Of a stretch of DNA of 64,000 nt, positions 8,995 through 18,043 are shown one piece after another. Below the pieces are notes generated by a model. That model did not search any database, had not been told where the DNA came from, and was given only the letters and a program-made list of their open reading frames with translations. The first letter of the stretch is position 1. Every line of letters starts with the position of its first letter. Location: assembly GCA_963816135.1 (NCBI GenBank), contig CAWFJD010000014.1, positions 16,687 to 80,686 of the forward strand, in the 5' to 3' direction. Source of the DNA: an uncultured Chloroflexia bacterium (GTDB lineage: Bacteria > Chloroflexota > Limnocylindria > Limnocylindrales > CSP1-4). The position numbers were made by a program, and so were the translations under genes.

Positions 8995-9814
8995 TTACGG
9001 AAGCACGTTCACCAGGCAGGTCGGGCCGCCGTCGGCGAGGGCGAATTCGTCGAGCTCCAGTTCGTGGACGGCTAGTCCGGCTTCGCGCAGGAGCCGAGAA
9101 GCGGTCGGGTTACCCGAGGCGAGGAACGCGTGGCCGCCGACCGCAAAGACGTTGGCCCCGGGAAGTTCCTCGTCGGGCAGCAGCAGGCGGCGGACCTCGC
9201 GCGGACGGCGCCGTCTCGGGGCCGCCCGCGTCGAGTGAGGCGAAGCCCGCGGCCGTGCCGATGAGCGTGTCCGGCGCCACCGCCGTGACGGCCGTGGCGA
9301 GATGAAGCCGATCCGCCACAGGGCAAAGGAACGGCCGGTACCCGAGCGACCGCGCGGCCTCGGCGAGCACTCCGCGCGCCGCGACCATCGGTCCGGGCGC
9401 TCAGGCCGATGGCGATCCGATCGCCGAAGATGACGACGTCGCCGCCCTCGAGCGTCCCGGGCTCCTCGACGCGCGACGACGCGTACGCTCGCCGGCAGGC
9501 GGGCAAGGGCCGCCCGAAGCACGGAATCGACCTCGGGTCGCCGGGACTGCGCGCGCCGGCCGCGCCACCACGACCACCGGCGATCGATCCGGAAGGAGCG
9601 GCGCCAGGGCAACGAGCGTGTCCGAGACGAACGTGGAGTCCGGCAGGTCCGGCTCCTCGGGCAGACGCAGAAGTGGCAGCCCCGCCGCCTCGAGCGCCGC
9701 GCAGAACGCCGCGTGCTGCGGCCGAACCCGCGAAACGTCGATCCGGCCGCGGTCCGGGTGGGTGGAAATCGCGTCGAGGAAGGCGGGGCCCGGCGGCCGG
9801 ACGATGACGAGCAT
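8995..9814 (-). pseudogene. Dimethylarginine dimethylaminohydrolase (DDAH)/amidinotransferase-fold protein; at least 3 frame breaks
   Basis: Stitched pieces: MLVIVRPPGPAFLDAISTHPDRGRIDVSRVRPQHAAFCAALEAAGLPLLRLP, EEPGTLEGGDVVIFGDRIAIGLSARTD, AARSLGYRPFLCPVADRLHLATAVTAVAPDTLIG, and the C-terminus ANVFAVGGHAFLASGNPTASRLLREAGLAVHELELDEFALADGGPTCLVNVLP. Confidence 0.65.
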
Positions 9815-9859
9815 TCGCGCATCGTAGCGGCTGCCGCGAAAGGGCCAGCGGCGCGGGCG

Positions 9860-11334
9860 TTAGAGGTTGACGCTCCGCGGTTGTCCCTGCGGATCGACGG
9901 TCGTCACGGTTGACTTCATCGAGGCGAAATCGACGTCGAGCACGCACTCCTCGACGCCCAGGGACCAGGCCAGGGTGAGCCGGCTGTCGGGCGAGTCGAG
10001 AACGCGGAACTCGCCGTCGAAGGCCGGGTGGGTGTTCCGCAGCCGGATCAGTCGCTCGAGGCGGCGGACGACGTCCTTGTCGGCCGCCGCGCGCGATTTC
10101 CTCCATGGTGAAGTTGTGGCGATTGATCTCCCTGCCCTCGCCGGTTCGGGCGACGGCTTCGTCGTCGTTCGTGCCCGGCAAGAAGACCCACGTAGTAGAC
10201 CTGGGGCACGCCCGGCGCGAAGAACTGGATCGCGCGAGCGGCGATGTACGCGTCGTCGTCGCAATCCAGCAGCGAGTAGTAGGTACCCCGGATCTGGTGG
10301 ACGTCGAAGCCGTCGGGGTCCTGGTGCTCGCTCGAAACCACCAGGCTCAGGTTCCCGCCGCGATCCAGGCACGTCTGGACCACGCGCCGGGCGTCCTCGG
10401 GCCGGTAGAGCCCATCGAGGTCCGGCTTGACCGGGACTCCGTCATGGCAGTCGAGCATCGTGACCTGCCTCGGCGATCGAGACGAGCAGGTACGGCCGGA
10501 GCCGCACCGGAGACCGGATGATCAGCGCCTCGAGGATCGTGTACGGAAGGATGAAGTCGTAGGTCCAGTAGCCATGCTCCGAAAGGCGGCTCTGGATCGC
10601 GGGCTGGGCATGGACTTCCGGCAGGAGCGCGATGCCCTTGCTCCGAGCCAGGGCGCACATCCACTCCAGGAACTGGTAGATCTCGGGCTCGACGAAGAAG
10701 CAGCTCGTGCCGAGCTTCTTGACCAGGTAGCCGACAGCATCGAGCCTGACGATCTTCACGCCGTGCCGCGAGAACTCGTCGAGGAACCTGGCGATCAGCT
10801 CCGCCGAATAGGGGCGACCGCCAATCGAGGTCGATCTGCTCGGACGGATCCGTCTTGCCGAAGGTGGTCCAGACCTTCTCGGCGACGCCGCGCAGCGCCC
10901 ACCTGGAACGTGGAATAGGGCCGCGGCCGGCGCAGGAACATCCTGTCGATGTCGGGCTGGGCAGGCTCGCCGTCGGGCCAGTACTTGTCGAGCGTGATGA
11001 AGAGGTCGGCCCATTTCGAGGCCCGACCGTTGGCCAGGAAGTCGGCGAAGAAGGTCGACTTGCTCGAGATGTGGTTGACCATGAGGTCCAGGAGGATGTC
11101 GTACCGCTCGCCCAGCCGCCGGATGTCGTCCCACGAGCCGAAGGCGGGATCGATCTCCAGGTAGGTCAGCGGGGCGAAGCCTCGGTCGCCCGACGACGGG
11201 AACGGCGGCAGGATGTGGATCCCGCCCTCGAACATGTCCGGGAAGAAGCGCGACAGGGCCTCGTCCAGGCCCCGCAGCGAGCCACCGAGCGAATCCGGGT
11301 AGGTGATCAGCTGGACCTTGTTCTTGATCGTCAT
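9860..11334 (-). pseudogene. GH13_18 sucrose-phosphorylase-family alpha-glucoside phosphorylase; at least 5 frame breaks
   Basis: Pieces: MTIKNKVQLITYPDSLGGSL..GGIHILPPFPSSGDRGFAPLTYLEIDPAFGSWDDI..LMVNHIS; EKVWTTFGKTDPSEQIDLDW; VKIVRLDAVGYLVKKLGTSCFFVEPE (nucleophile Asp); LLPEVHAQ (acid/base Glu); LDCHDG; YYSLLDCDDDAYIAARAIQFFAPGVPQVYYVGLLAG; GREINRH; and the C-terminus THPAFDGEFRVLD. Confidence 0.85.
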
Positions 11335-11346
11335 CGAGTCTGCCGC

Positions 11347-12025
11347 TCAGCCGGCCGCGACGACGTCGTAGTCGTTCGTCACGACGAAGTCGGCGAGGTG
11401 GCGATGGCCGGCGATGATCTTGTGCTCGACGCCGAGCACACTCTCGATGAACGGGTCGCGCACCTCGTTGCCCCGGTTCCGCCTCAGGCGGTGCTCGAGC
11501 GTCTCGAGGCGGGTCCTGGCGATGAATATCCTCACGTCGACGTGCCGCAGCAGTGACACGTAGGTCCCCTCGACGATCACGACCTTCACGCCCGCCAGGT
11601 TGAGCGTTTCCGTGGCAACGGTATTGGCCGCGTAGTCGATCGTGGGCTTCTCGATCGACTGCATCGCCGGCCAGGGCCGAGTCCACGTTCGCCTGGAGCA
11701 GATCGAGGCGGACTTCGACGTGCGGCCCAAGCCAGTCCGGGTCCTGTCGACGACGAGCGTCGTTGGCCTTGGGTGGCAGCTCGAAATAGTCGTCCTGACC
11801 CAGGATCGCCGAGTGGATCCCGGCGTCGAGCAGCTGCTCCGCCAGGGCCGCCGCGGTTTCGGATTTGCCCGAGCCCGACTCGCCGGCGACCGTGACGAGG
11901 AAGCGCCCCGGTCTGGCGTCGAGTTGCTTTCGGATCGTCGCCGCGATGGTCGCCGCAACCCGGCGGTGGCTATCGTCAACGACGATGACGTCGCCCTTCA
12001 CTACTTCCTCCAAGACCTGGTTCAC
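11347..12025 (-). pseudogene. P-loop kinase of the uridine kinase/phosphoribulokinase family; 1 frame break; start uncertain (12025 or 12001)
   Basis: Walker A motif in FLVTVAGESGSGKSETA, then ILGQDDYFELP. The C-terminal half is ORF 11347-11979 (VKVVIVEGTYVSLLRHVDVRIFIARTRLETLEHRLRRNRG..). A 12-nt gap separates it from the phosphorylase start. Confidence 0.65.
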
Positions 12026-13357
12026 ACGCTGCTGTCCTGCGGTTCTGCCATGACGTCCGCAGAACGGACTGGCTGACGGTCTGATGGCCGTTCCGGTCAT
12101 GACTCTCGCGGTCAAGGCAGCGTTTGACGGCTGTGGTTAGTTCAGTTGCGCGGTCGTCCACGAGTCCGCCCATCTGGTTGCTCAGGTAGGCGAAACCGAC
12201 GCCGTACTCGTCGTCGGCGAAGGCCAGCTGGCCTCCAGCGCCGTCGTGGCCGAAGCTTCGGTCGCCCAGCAACGGTCTCGCCGGCGGCGAATTGAGCATA
12301 AATCCGGTCCCCCATCGCTGGCCCGCGTCCGGCGGCCCGAAAACTTGCTGACCGAACGACTGAATTCTGACGGCGTCGTCGACGGACGAGCGACTCAGGA
12401 TCCTGGGCCGGCCGTCGACCTCGGAGACGCAACCCGCATACAGCCGAGCCAGCGAGCGCGCGGTGCTGATGCCGTTTGCCGCCGGTATCTCTGCGGCCTG
12501 GATCGCCGGATCGTTGAAGGCCACGACGCCGTCTTTGAGCGGGAAACCCGAAGGCGCCGCCCATCGAGCTGCCCCGTACCGAGACCGGCGAGGCGATCGC
12601 AGTCGGCGATCGCGCGGACGGCAGGGCTGTCCTCATCGGGCAGCGGCGGCTCCATCCAGGCCACGGACTCGCGGGCTGAGGCAGGCAAGCCGATCCAGGT
12701 GTGCAACCCCAAGGGCTCCGCGAGGTTCTCGCGAAAGAACGCGCCCGGCCGGCTGCCCGTGATCCGGCGGATCACCTCGCCGATGATCCAGCCGTAGGTC
12801 ATGGGGTGGTAAGAGTGCGCCGTGCCCGGAGGCCAGAGCGGAGCCTGGGCTTCGATTGCGCCGTATGACCGGCTCCCAGGCGAGGGCCTCGGGCAGGGTG
12901 AGATCGCGATCCAGCGCAGGCGAGACCGGCCCGGTGGCTCAGCAGGCAGCGAACGGTGATGCCTTCCTTGCCGTGCTGGGCGAACTCGGGCCAGTAACGC
13001 GCCACGGGCGCGTCGAGATCCAGGCGGCCCTCCTGCACGAGCAGGTACGCGCAGATCGTCAGCATCCCCTTGGAGCAGGAGAAGATGACCGCCGCGGTGT
13101 CTTCGCTCCAGATCCGGCCGGTTCGAGCGTCCGCGACGCCCGCCCAGATGTCCACTACCGGCCTGCCCGACACGTAGACGGCGCACGCGGCGCCGAGGTC
13201 GCCACGCTCCGCGAAGTTGTCCTCGAAGGCGTCCCTCACCGGACCGAACCCGTCGTCGACGTCGCCGTGGATCCGCACGGCCCGGCGAGACCCATCTGAC
13301 GGTGTGCGCGGCTGTCGACCCCATCGGGCCGGCGCCGGCTGAAAGCCCGCCAGTCAT
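11976..13357 (-). pseudogene. Beta-lactamase-fold serine hydrolase (class C/EstB-like esterase family); about 3 frame breaks; 3' end uncertain
   Basis: ATG at 13357 overlaps the permease stop (ATGA). Motifs: VRIHGDVDDGFGPVRDAFEDNF, S-x-x-K in IFSCSKGM, then PGTAHSYHPMTYGWIIGEVIRRITG, then FGHDGAGGQLAFADDEYGVGFAYLSNQM. Confidence 0.75.
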
Positions 13358-14178
13358 CCCTTGACCGATCCTTGGAGCAGAGCCGCGATCACCTGGCGCT
13401 GGAAGGCGATGAAGACGATCAGGGTGGGCAGCAGGATCAGAAGCGAGCCGGCGCAAAGCAACGGGATGTCGGTCGCGTAGTGGCCCTGGAAGGCCCCCAG
13501 GGCCCCCGCCGCGGTCCGCTGTGTCGGGTCCTGGACGAGGACCAGGGCGAGCAGGAACTGATTCCACGTCCACACGGTCATGAGGATCGCCAGCGACGCC
13601 ATCGGCGGCCGAGCCAGCGGAATGTGGATGTGCCAGAAGAGATCCCAGGTTCCCGCGCCGTCGACCCGAGCCGCCTCGCTGATCTCCGGCGGCATGGTGA
13701 CGAAGTGGGCCCGCATCCAGTACACCGCGAAGGGCATGTAGAGAGCTATCAGCGGCAGCGAGATCGCCAACCGCGTATTGAGGATCCCGATCTGGCGCTC
13801 GAAGAAGTAGAGCGGCGTGACGATGCCCTCGTACGGGAGGGTCAGCCCGAATACGAAGAGAAGCAGCAGCCAGCGGCCGCCCGGGATCCCCAGATGGCCG
13901 ATGGCGAAACCGGCCATGGTCGAGATGACCAGCGAAACGGGCACCACCAGAACGACGATGAAGACACTCGAATACAGCAGCGCGCTCATGTTCGCCACGT
14001 TGAAGGCGTTGACGAAGTTGCCCCATTGCGGATCCGCCGGCCAGTCGAGCCCTTGCGGGACGGAACCAGATGGATGTAGCGCGGTGGTGAACATGCTCAG
14101 GAACGGGATGATGGTGACGGCCATCAGCAGGATCAGCAGGAATCGGCCGGTGTAGAGCTCCCGGCGGTCGACTTTCAT
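13354..14178 (-). CDS. Carbohydrate ABC transporter permease (MalG/CUT1 type)
   Basis: This is the C-terminal 274 codons of ORF 13354-14994, from ATG 14178, which overlaps the upstream stop (ATGA). It has six hydrophobic segments and the EAA loop EAARVDGAGTWDLFWHIHIPLARP. It is intact. Confidence 0.9.
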   Translation of the reverse strand: MKVDRRELYTGRFLLILLMAVTIIPFLSMFTTALHPSGSVPQGLDWPADPQWGNFVNAFNVANMSALLYSSVFIVVLVVPVSLVISTMAGFAIGHLGIPGGRWLLLLFVFGLTLPYEGIVTPLYFFERQIGILNTRLAISLPLIALYMPFAVYWMRAHFVTMPPEISEAARVDGAGTWDLFWHIHIPLARPPMASLAILMTVWTWNQFLLALVLVQDPTQRTAAGALGAFQGHYATDIPLLCAGSLLILLPTLIVFIAFQRQVIAALLQGSVKG

Positions 14179-15149
14179 TCGCCAGTCTCCCGGGTAAGCC
14201 ACTGGATCGGAAGGATCACAACCAGGATCAGGAGGACGAGCACGACGGCGAGTGCCGAGGCGAGACCGACGGCGCGGGCCTGGAAGGCAAGCACGTAGAT
14301 GTCGAGCCCTGGAACCATCGTCGCCAGCCCCGGTCCCCCGCCGGTAGTGACGTACACGATGTCGAAGCTCCTCAACGCCGCGATGACCGTGATCGTGACG
14401 CACACTGCGATCTCTTGCCGAAGGCTCGGCAGGGTGATCGCCCGGAACTCGCGGAAGGCGCCGGCGCCATCGATCCTCGCCGCCTCGTACAGGGCGGGAT
14501 CGATCTTGGTCATGCCGGTCAGCAGGAGAAGCGTGCAGAGACCGAGCAGCACCCATGTGCCGATGAGGCCGACAGCCGGCAGAGCCCAATCGAAATCGCC
14601 CAGCCAGGCCCGAGTGACGTCCCCGAGCCCAACGATGCCCAGGAACTGGTTGAAGATGCCCGGTATAGGAGAGCACCACGCTCCACACGATGCCGGCCGC
14701 CACCAGCGGGATGACTTGCGGCAGGAACAGGACCGTGCGGGCGACGCTGCCCAACGTGCCGGTGGCGCTTCGCCGGATCACCGAAGCCACGACCAGCCCC
14801 ATGGTCACCGGGATGAGGCTGAAGAAGATGATCAACCGGAAAGCGTTGAAGATCGTGTTGAGCAGGTCGGGATCTGTGAGTACGGTCTGATAGTTGGATA
14901 GACCGACCCAGGTGGCGACGTTGAAGCCATCCCACCGGTACAGGGAGTACTGGATCGTCAGCCCGAGCGGAAGCAGGACGAACACGATGTACACCGCGAG
15001 CGCAGGGAAGACGAACAGCCAGCCGAGCAGGGTTTCCCGGCGGACCTTCCGACAGTGGAGGTCCGCCGGGCCCGCCGCTGACGGTCATCGGTCTGAGCGT
15101 CCGGTCGGTCGAGGATCGTCTCAGGCATCGATCTGTCAGCGGCACTCAT
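14175..15149 (-). pseudogene. Carbohydrate ABC transporter permease (MalF/CUT1 type); about 3 frame breaks
   Basis: ATG at 15149 overlaps the SBP stop (TAATG). Pieces: ..YIVFVLLPLGLTIQYSLYRWDGFN..FLPQVIPLVAAGIVWS, and ORF 14175-14552 with the EAA loop EAARIDGAGAFREFRAITLPSL. Confidence 0.8.
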
Positions 15150-16555
15150 TACTGGGAGAGTTCCTTCAGGTACTCGGCCTGGACAGCCTTGAGCATGCCC
15201 GCGGCCGTTTCCTTGCCGCCGACCATCTTCTGGAGCTCAGGGGTCCAGCCCTGGGCGAAGATGGAGCCGGTCGAGTTGGCGATGAAGTCCATCGAGCCGT
15301 TGGCCTTGGCGACCAGCGCGCCTTGCGCCAGCGTATCGTTGATTACGGAGTTGGCCGGGCCCGGAGGGACCGGAAGATCGGAGGGGCCGCCGGGGTTGGA
15401 ACCGCCGACTGCCACGTCGATCTGGCGGGCGGTCGTGTTGGTCGCGACCCAGTTGAGGAAGAAGGCCGCGCAATCGGCATTCTTCGCCTTGGCGGCGATG
15501 CCGTACGTGAGCGGGGCGGACATGGCGGCAACGGAACCGCCGGCCGTGGCGGGCGGGAAGACGAAGAAGCCGACGTTACCCGGCATGTCCTTGTCGTACG
15601 CCGCATCCTGCCAGTCGCCGTTGAACATGAACACGCCTTCGCCCTTGCCGAAGCGGCTGTTGGCGGCCGTGTATTCGGTGGCGTTGACGTCCTTGGGGAA
15701 GTAGCCGGACTTGACCCATGTTTCCAGGTGCTGCGCGGCGGTCAAGTTCGTCGCGGTGTCGATCGTGGCGCCCTTCTTCTGGAAGATCCAGTCGTTGATC
15801 GGCTGGGTCGGACCGTAGGCAGCCATGAGGTTCTGGAGCGGGAATGCGAGTCCGCCGCCGCTGGCGGAGGCGTTCCAGGCCATGATGGGCTGGAGCCCGG
15901 CCGTCTTGGCCTTGGCCAGCAGGGCCTCGAAATCGGCCACAGTCGCCGGCGGGGTGGTCATGCCGATCTGCGCGGCGAGCTTCTTGTTGTAGAAGACGCC
16001 GGTCATGCTGTAGTTCAAGCCGGCCGCATACAGGGAGCCGGTGCCACGGGTGCCGTCAGCGGCAACGCGGTTCTGGAGAAGCTCCGCGGCCGGCCACTTG
16101 TCCCAACCGAAGGCCGTCACATAGCCATCCAGATTCTTGAGGAGTCCATCCTTCACGAGCGAAATCATCGTCGGAAGGCGGATGAGATCCGGCGGGTTGT
16201 CGGAGGCCAGCAGCCGTGGCGTGGAGTTCGTGAGGTTGGTGAACTGGTCCTGGCTGATGTTCCAGGTTACGTTCGGGAACTGCTTGGTGAACTCCTCCGA
16301 GAGCTTGAACGGAATGTCGAATCCAGTCTCGAAGTAAGCGTTGAGGACGACCGGCGCGGTGCCGCAGGTAATCGGGGCGGCCGTCGGTGAGGCGGCGGCG
16401 GGCGTGGGGGTCGCGGCGGCCGTGGTTGCCGGCGTTGGCGTAGCTGGCACGGGCGTTGGCGTCGCGGCGGCACCTGGGGCGCACGCCGAGACGACGAGCG
16501 CGAGGGCCGCGAGCCCTCCCAGGACCCTCCGGGAACGATTGAAGGCTAGGAACAC
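15149..16555 (-). CDS. ABC transporter extracellular solute-binding lipoprotein (family 1, sugar type)
   Basis: Intact 468-aa ORF. GTG start is preceded by AGGAGGAGG. It has the lipoprotein signal RVLGGLAALALVVSAC followed by a Thr/Pro/Ala linker and a typical SBP body. Confidence 0.9.
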   Translation of the reverse strand: MFLAFNRSRRVLGGLAALALVVSACAPGAAATPTPVPATPTPATTAAATPTPAAASPTAAPITCGTAPVVLNAYFETGFDIPFKLSEEFTKQFPNVTWNISQDQFTNLTNSTPRLLASDNPPDLIRLPTMISLVKDGLLKNLDGYVTAFGWDKWPAAELLQNRVAADGTRGTGSLYAAGLNYSMTGVFYNKKLAAQIGMTTPPATVADFEALLAKAKTAGLQPIMAWNASASGGGLAFPLQNLMAAYGPTQPINDWIFQKKGATIDTATNLTAAQHLETWVKSGYFPKDVNATEYTAANSRFGKGEGVFMFNGDWQDAAYDKDMPGNVGFFVFPPATAGGSVAAMSAPLTYGIAAKAKNADCAAFFLNWVATNTTARQIDVAVGGSNPGGPSDLPVPPGPANSVINDTLAQGALVAKANGSMDFIANSTGSIFAQGWTPELQKMVGGKETAAGMLKAVQAEYLKELSQ

Positions 16556-16659
16556 TGTTCGCCTCCTCCTTGGGCAGTTGATCCAAGACGATTGGCCGTG
16601 ATCTTCAAGCCGTAGGCAAACCCCCCTTCACTGGCGCCGACGTAGCCCGGACCACGAGG

Positions 16660-17644
16660 TCAGGCGGCAAGTCCGTGGAGATGGGAGCGATCGGAGCGCT
16701 GCTCGATCTCTTTGAGCAGCATCTGGGCGCCCAGGCGTCCAGACTCGTAAAGCCGCTGGCGGACCGTGGTCAGTCCGACGTATTCGGCGGCTTCGATGTC
16801 GTCGTATCCGACGATGGAGAGGTCCCCGGGGATGTCGAGACCCATTTCGTGTGCGGCGGCGATGACGCCGAGAGCCTGCGTATCGCTGGCCGCGAAGATG
16901 GCTGTGGGTCGGTTGGGCCGCGGAAAGCAGGCGACAGGCAAGTTCTCGAGCTTCATAGCGGCCGTGGGCGCCGAGAGCCGTCCACTCGGGCCTGGGCGCA
17001 AGACCGGCGCTCGCGAGGGCTCGCTCATAGCCGGTGAATCGGTCGCGGCTCGAGGTGAACCCAAACGGATTCTCGAACTCGTCGCCGATGTACCCGATCT
17101 CGCGGTGCCCCAGCTCGAGAAGGTGGCGGGCGGCCAGTTCGCCGCCGGCGACGTCGTCGCCCATGACGCGCGGAAGGCCCCGCAGCGTGGGCGAGTGAAC
17201 GTCGACGACCACGACCGGCACCGCGGCCGAGGCCAGGCGGGCCACGTCGTCGGGTCTGGGCGGCAGCGAGATCAGCAGCATGCCGTCCGTCCGTTGCGCT
17301 CGCGGCAAGGTGCGCATGTACTGATCGCGCTTCTCGGCGGTCTCGACGTTGTAGATGACCAGGTCGAATTCGCTGTCACTCAGAACGGCATCCACGCCGC
17401 GAAGCCGCTCGACGGCCTGCGGTCGAGTCAGGGACCAGGTGACGACGGTGATCGTCATCGTCCGGCCGAGGCTCAGGCGCCGGGCTGAGAGGCTGGGCGT
17501 GAATTGCAGTTCGTCCACGACCTGAAGGACGCGATCCCGAGTGGCCTCGATGACCAGCTCGCTACCGTTGAGGACCCTCGATGCCGTGGCGACGCTCACG
17601 CCCGCGGCTCGGGCAACATCGCGGATCGTGACCGTCTTTGTCAT
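16660..17644 (-). pseudogene. LacI family transcriptional regulator; 1 frame break near 16915
   Basis: N-terminal HTH is MTKTVTIRDVARAAGVSVATASRVLNG (ATG 17644, GAGG 7 nt upstream). The C-terminus comes from ORF 16660-17064 (RPTAIFAASDTQALGVIAAAHEMGLDIPGDLSIVGYDD). Confidence 0.85.
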
Positions 17645-17657
17645 CTGCAACCTCGTG

Positions 17658-17673
17658 ATGTAACCGGTTACAT
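17658..17673. promoter_or_regulatory. Perfect 16-bp palindrome ATGTAACCGGTTACAT, a LacI-type operator (O1)
   Basis: Read directly. It lies immediately 5' of the lacI-family gene's RBS and start. Confidence 0.6.
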
Positions 17674-17791
17674 AGGTGCCGAGAGGTTACCACTGCTGTT
17701 GACCGATGCCGGGCGGGTCCCCCGCGAGAGTCCCTGTCTGCGGAAATGCGGCAAAAGGAGGGACTTCCACGAACCAGAACCTGTGTCGAAT

Positions 17792-17813
17792 GCAATGTAA
17801 CCGGTTACATTGC
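17792..17813. promoter_or_regulatory. Perfect 22-bp palindrome GCAATGTAACCGGTTACATTGC, a second operator (O2)
   Basis: Same core as O1. Its centre lies 137 bp from the centre of O1. Confidence 0.6.
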
Positions 17814-18043
17814 GCGCTGAACAAAGGATACCAGCGCTGTCAATCGGAAATCACGCGTTCGGGCATGCCTCGCTGGAGGCTCGTGGTTTCGGGCCGGCTC
17901 CGGCTGCCGAGTGCGGCTTTGCTTGCCGCGGCCCGTCCAGCCCTTACCTCGCCACTCGGCACGAGCGCGGGGTCGAGCCGGGGGCGAAGGTCTCCCCTGC
18001 CGGCGTCGCTACGGCTTCTGAGGCCGCGGCTACTCCGTTCACC

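Noticed and set aside
14894-16390. A 498-aa plus-strand ORF, with similar long ORFs at 12395-14026(-), 50076-51557(-) and 62517-63968(-)
   Set aside because: All overlap strongly supported genes on the opposite strand or in another frame. All show the low-complexity R/G/P/A composition expected of non-coding frames in GC-rich DNA.
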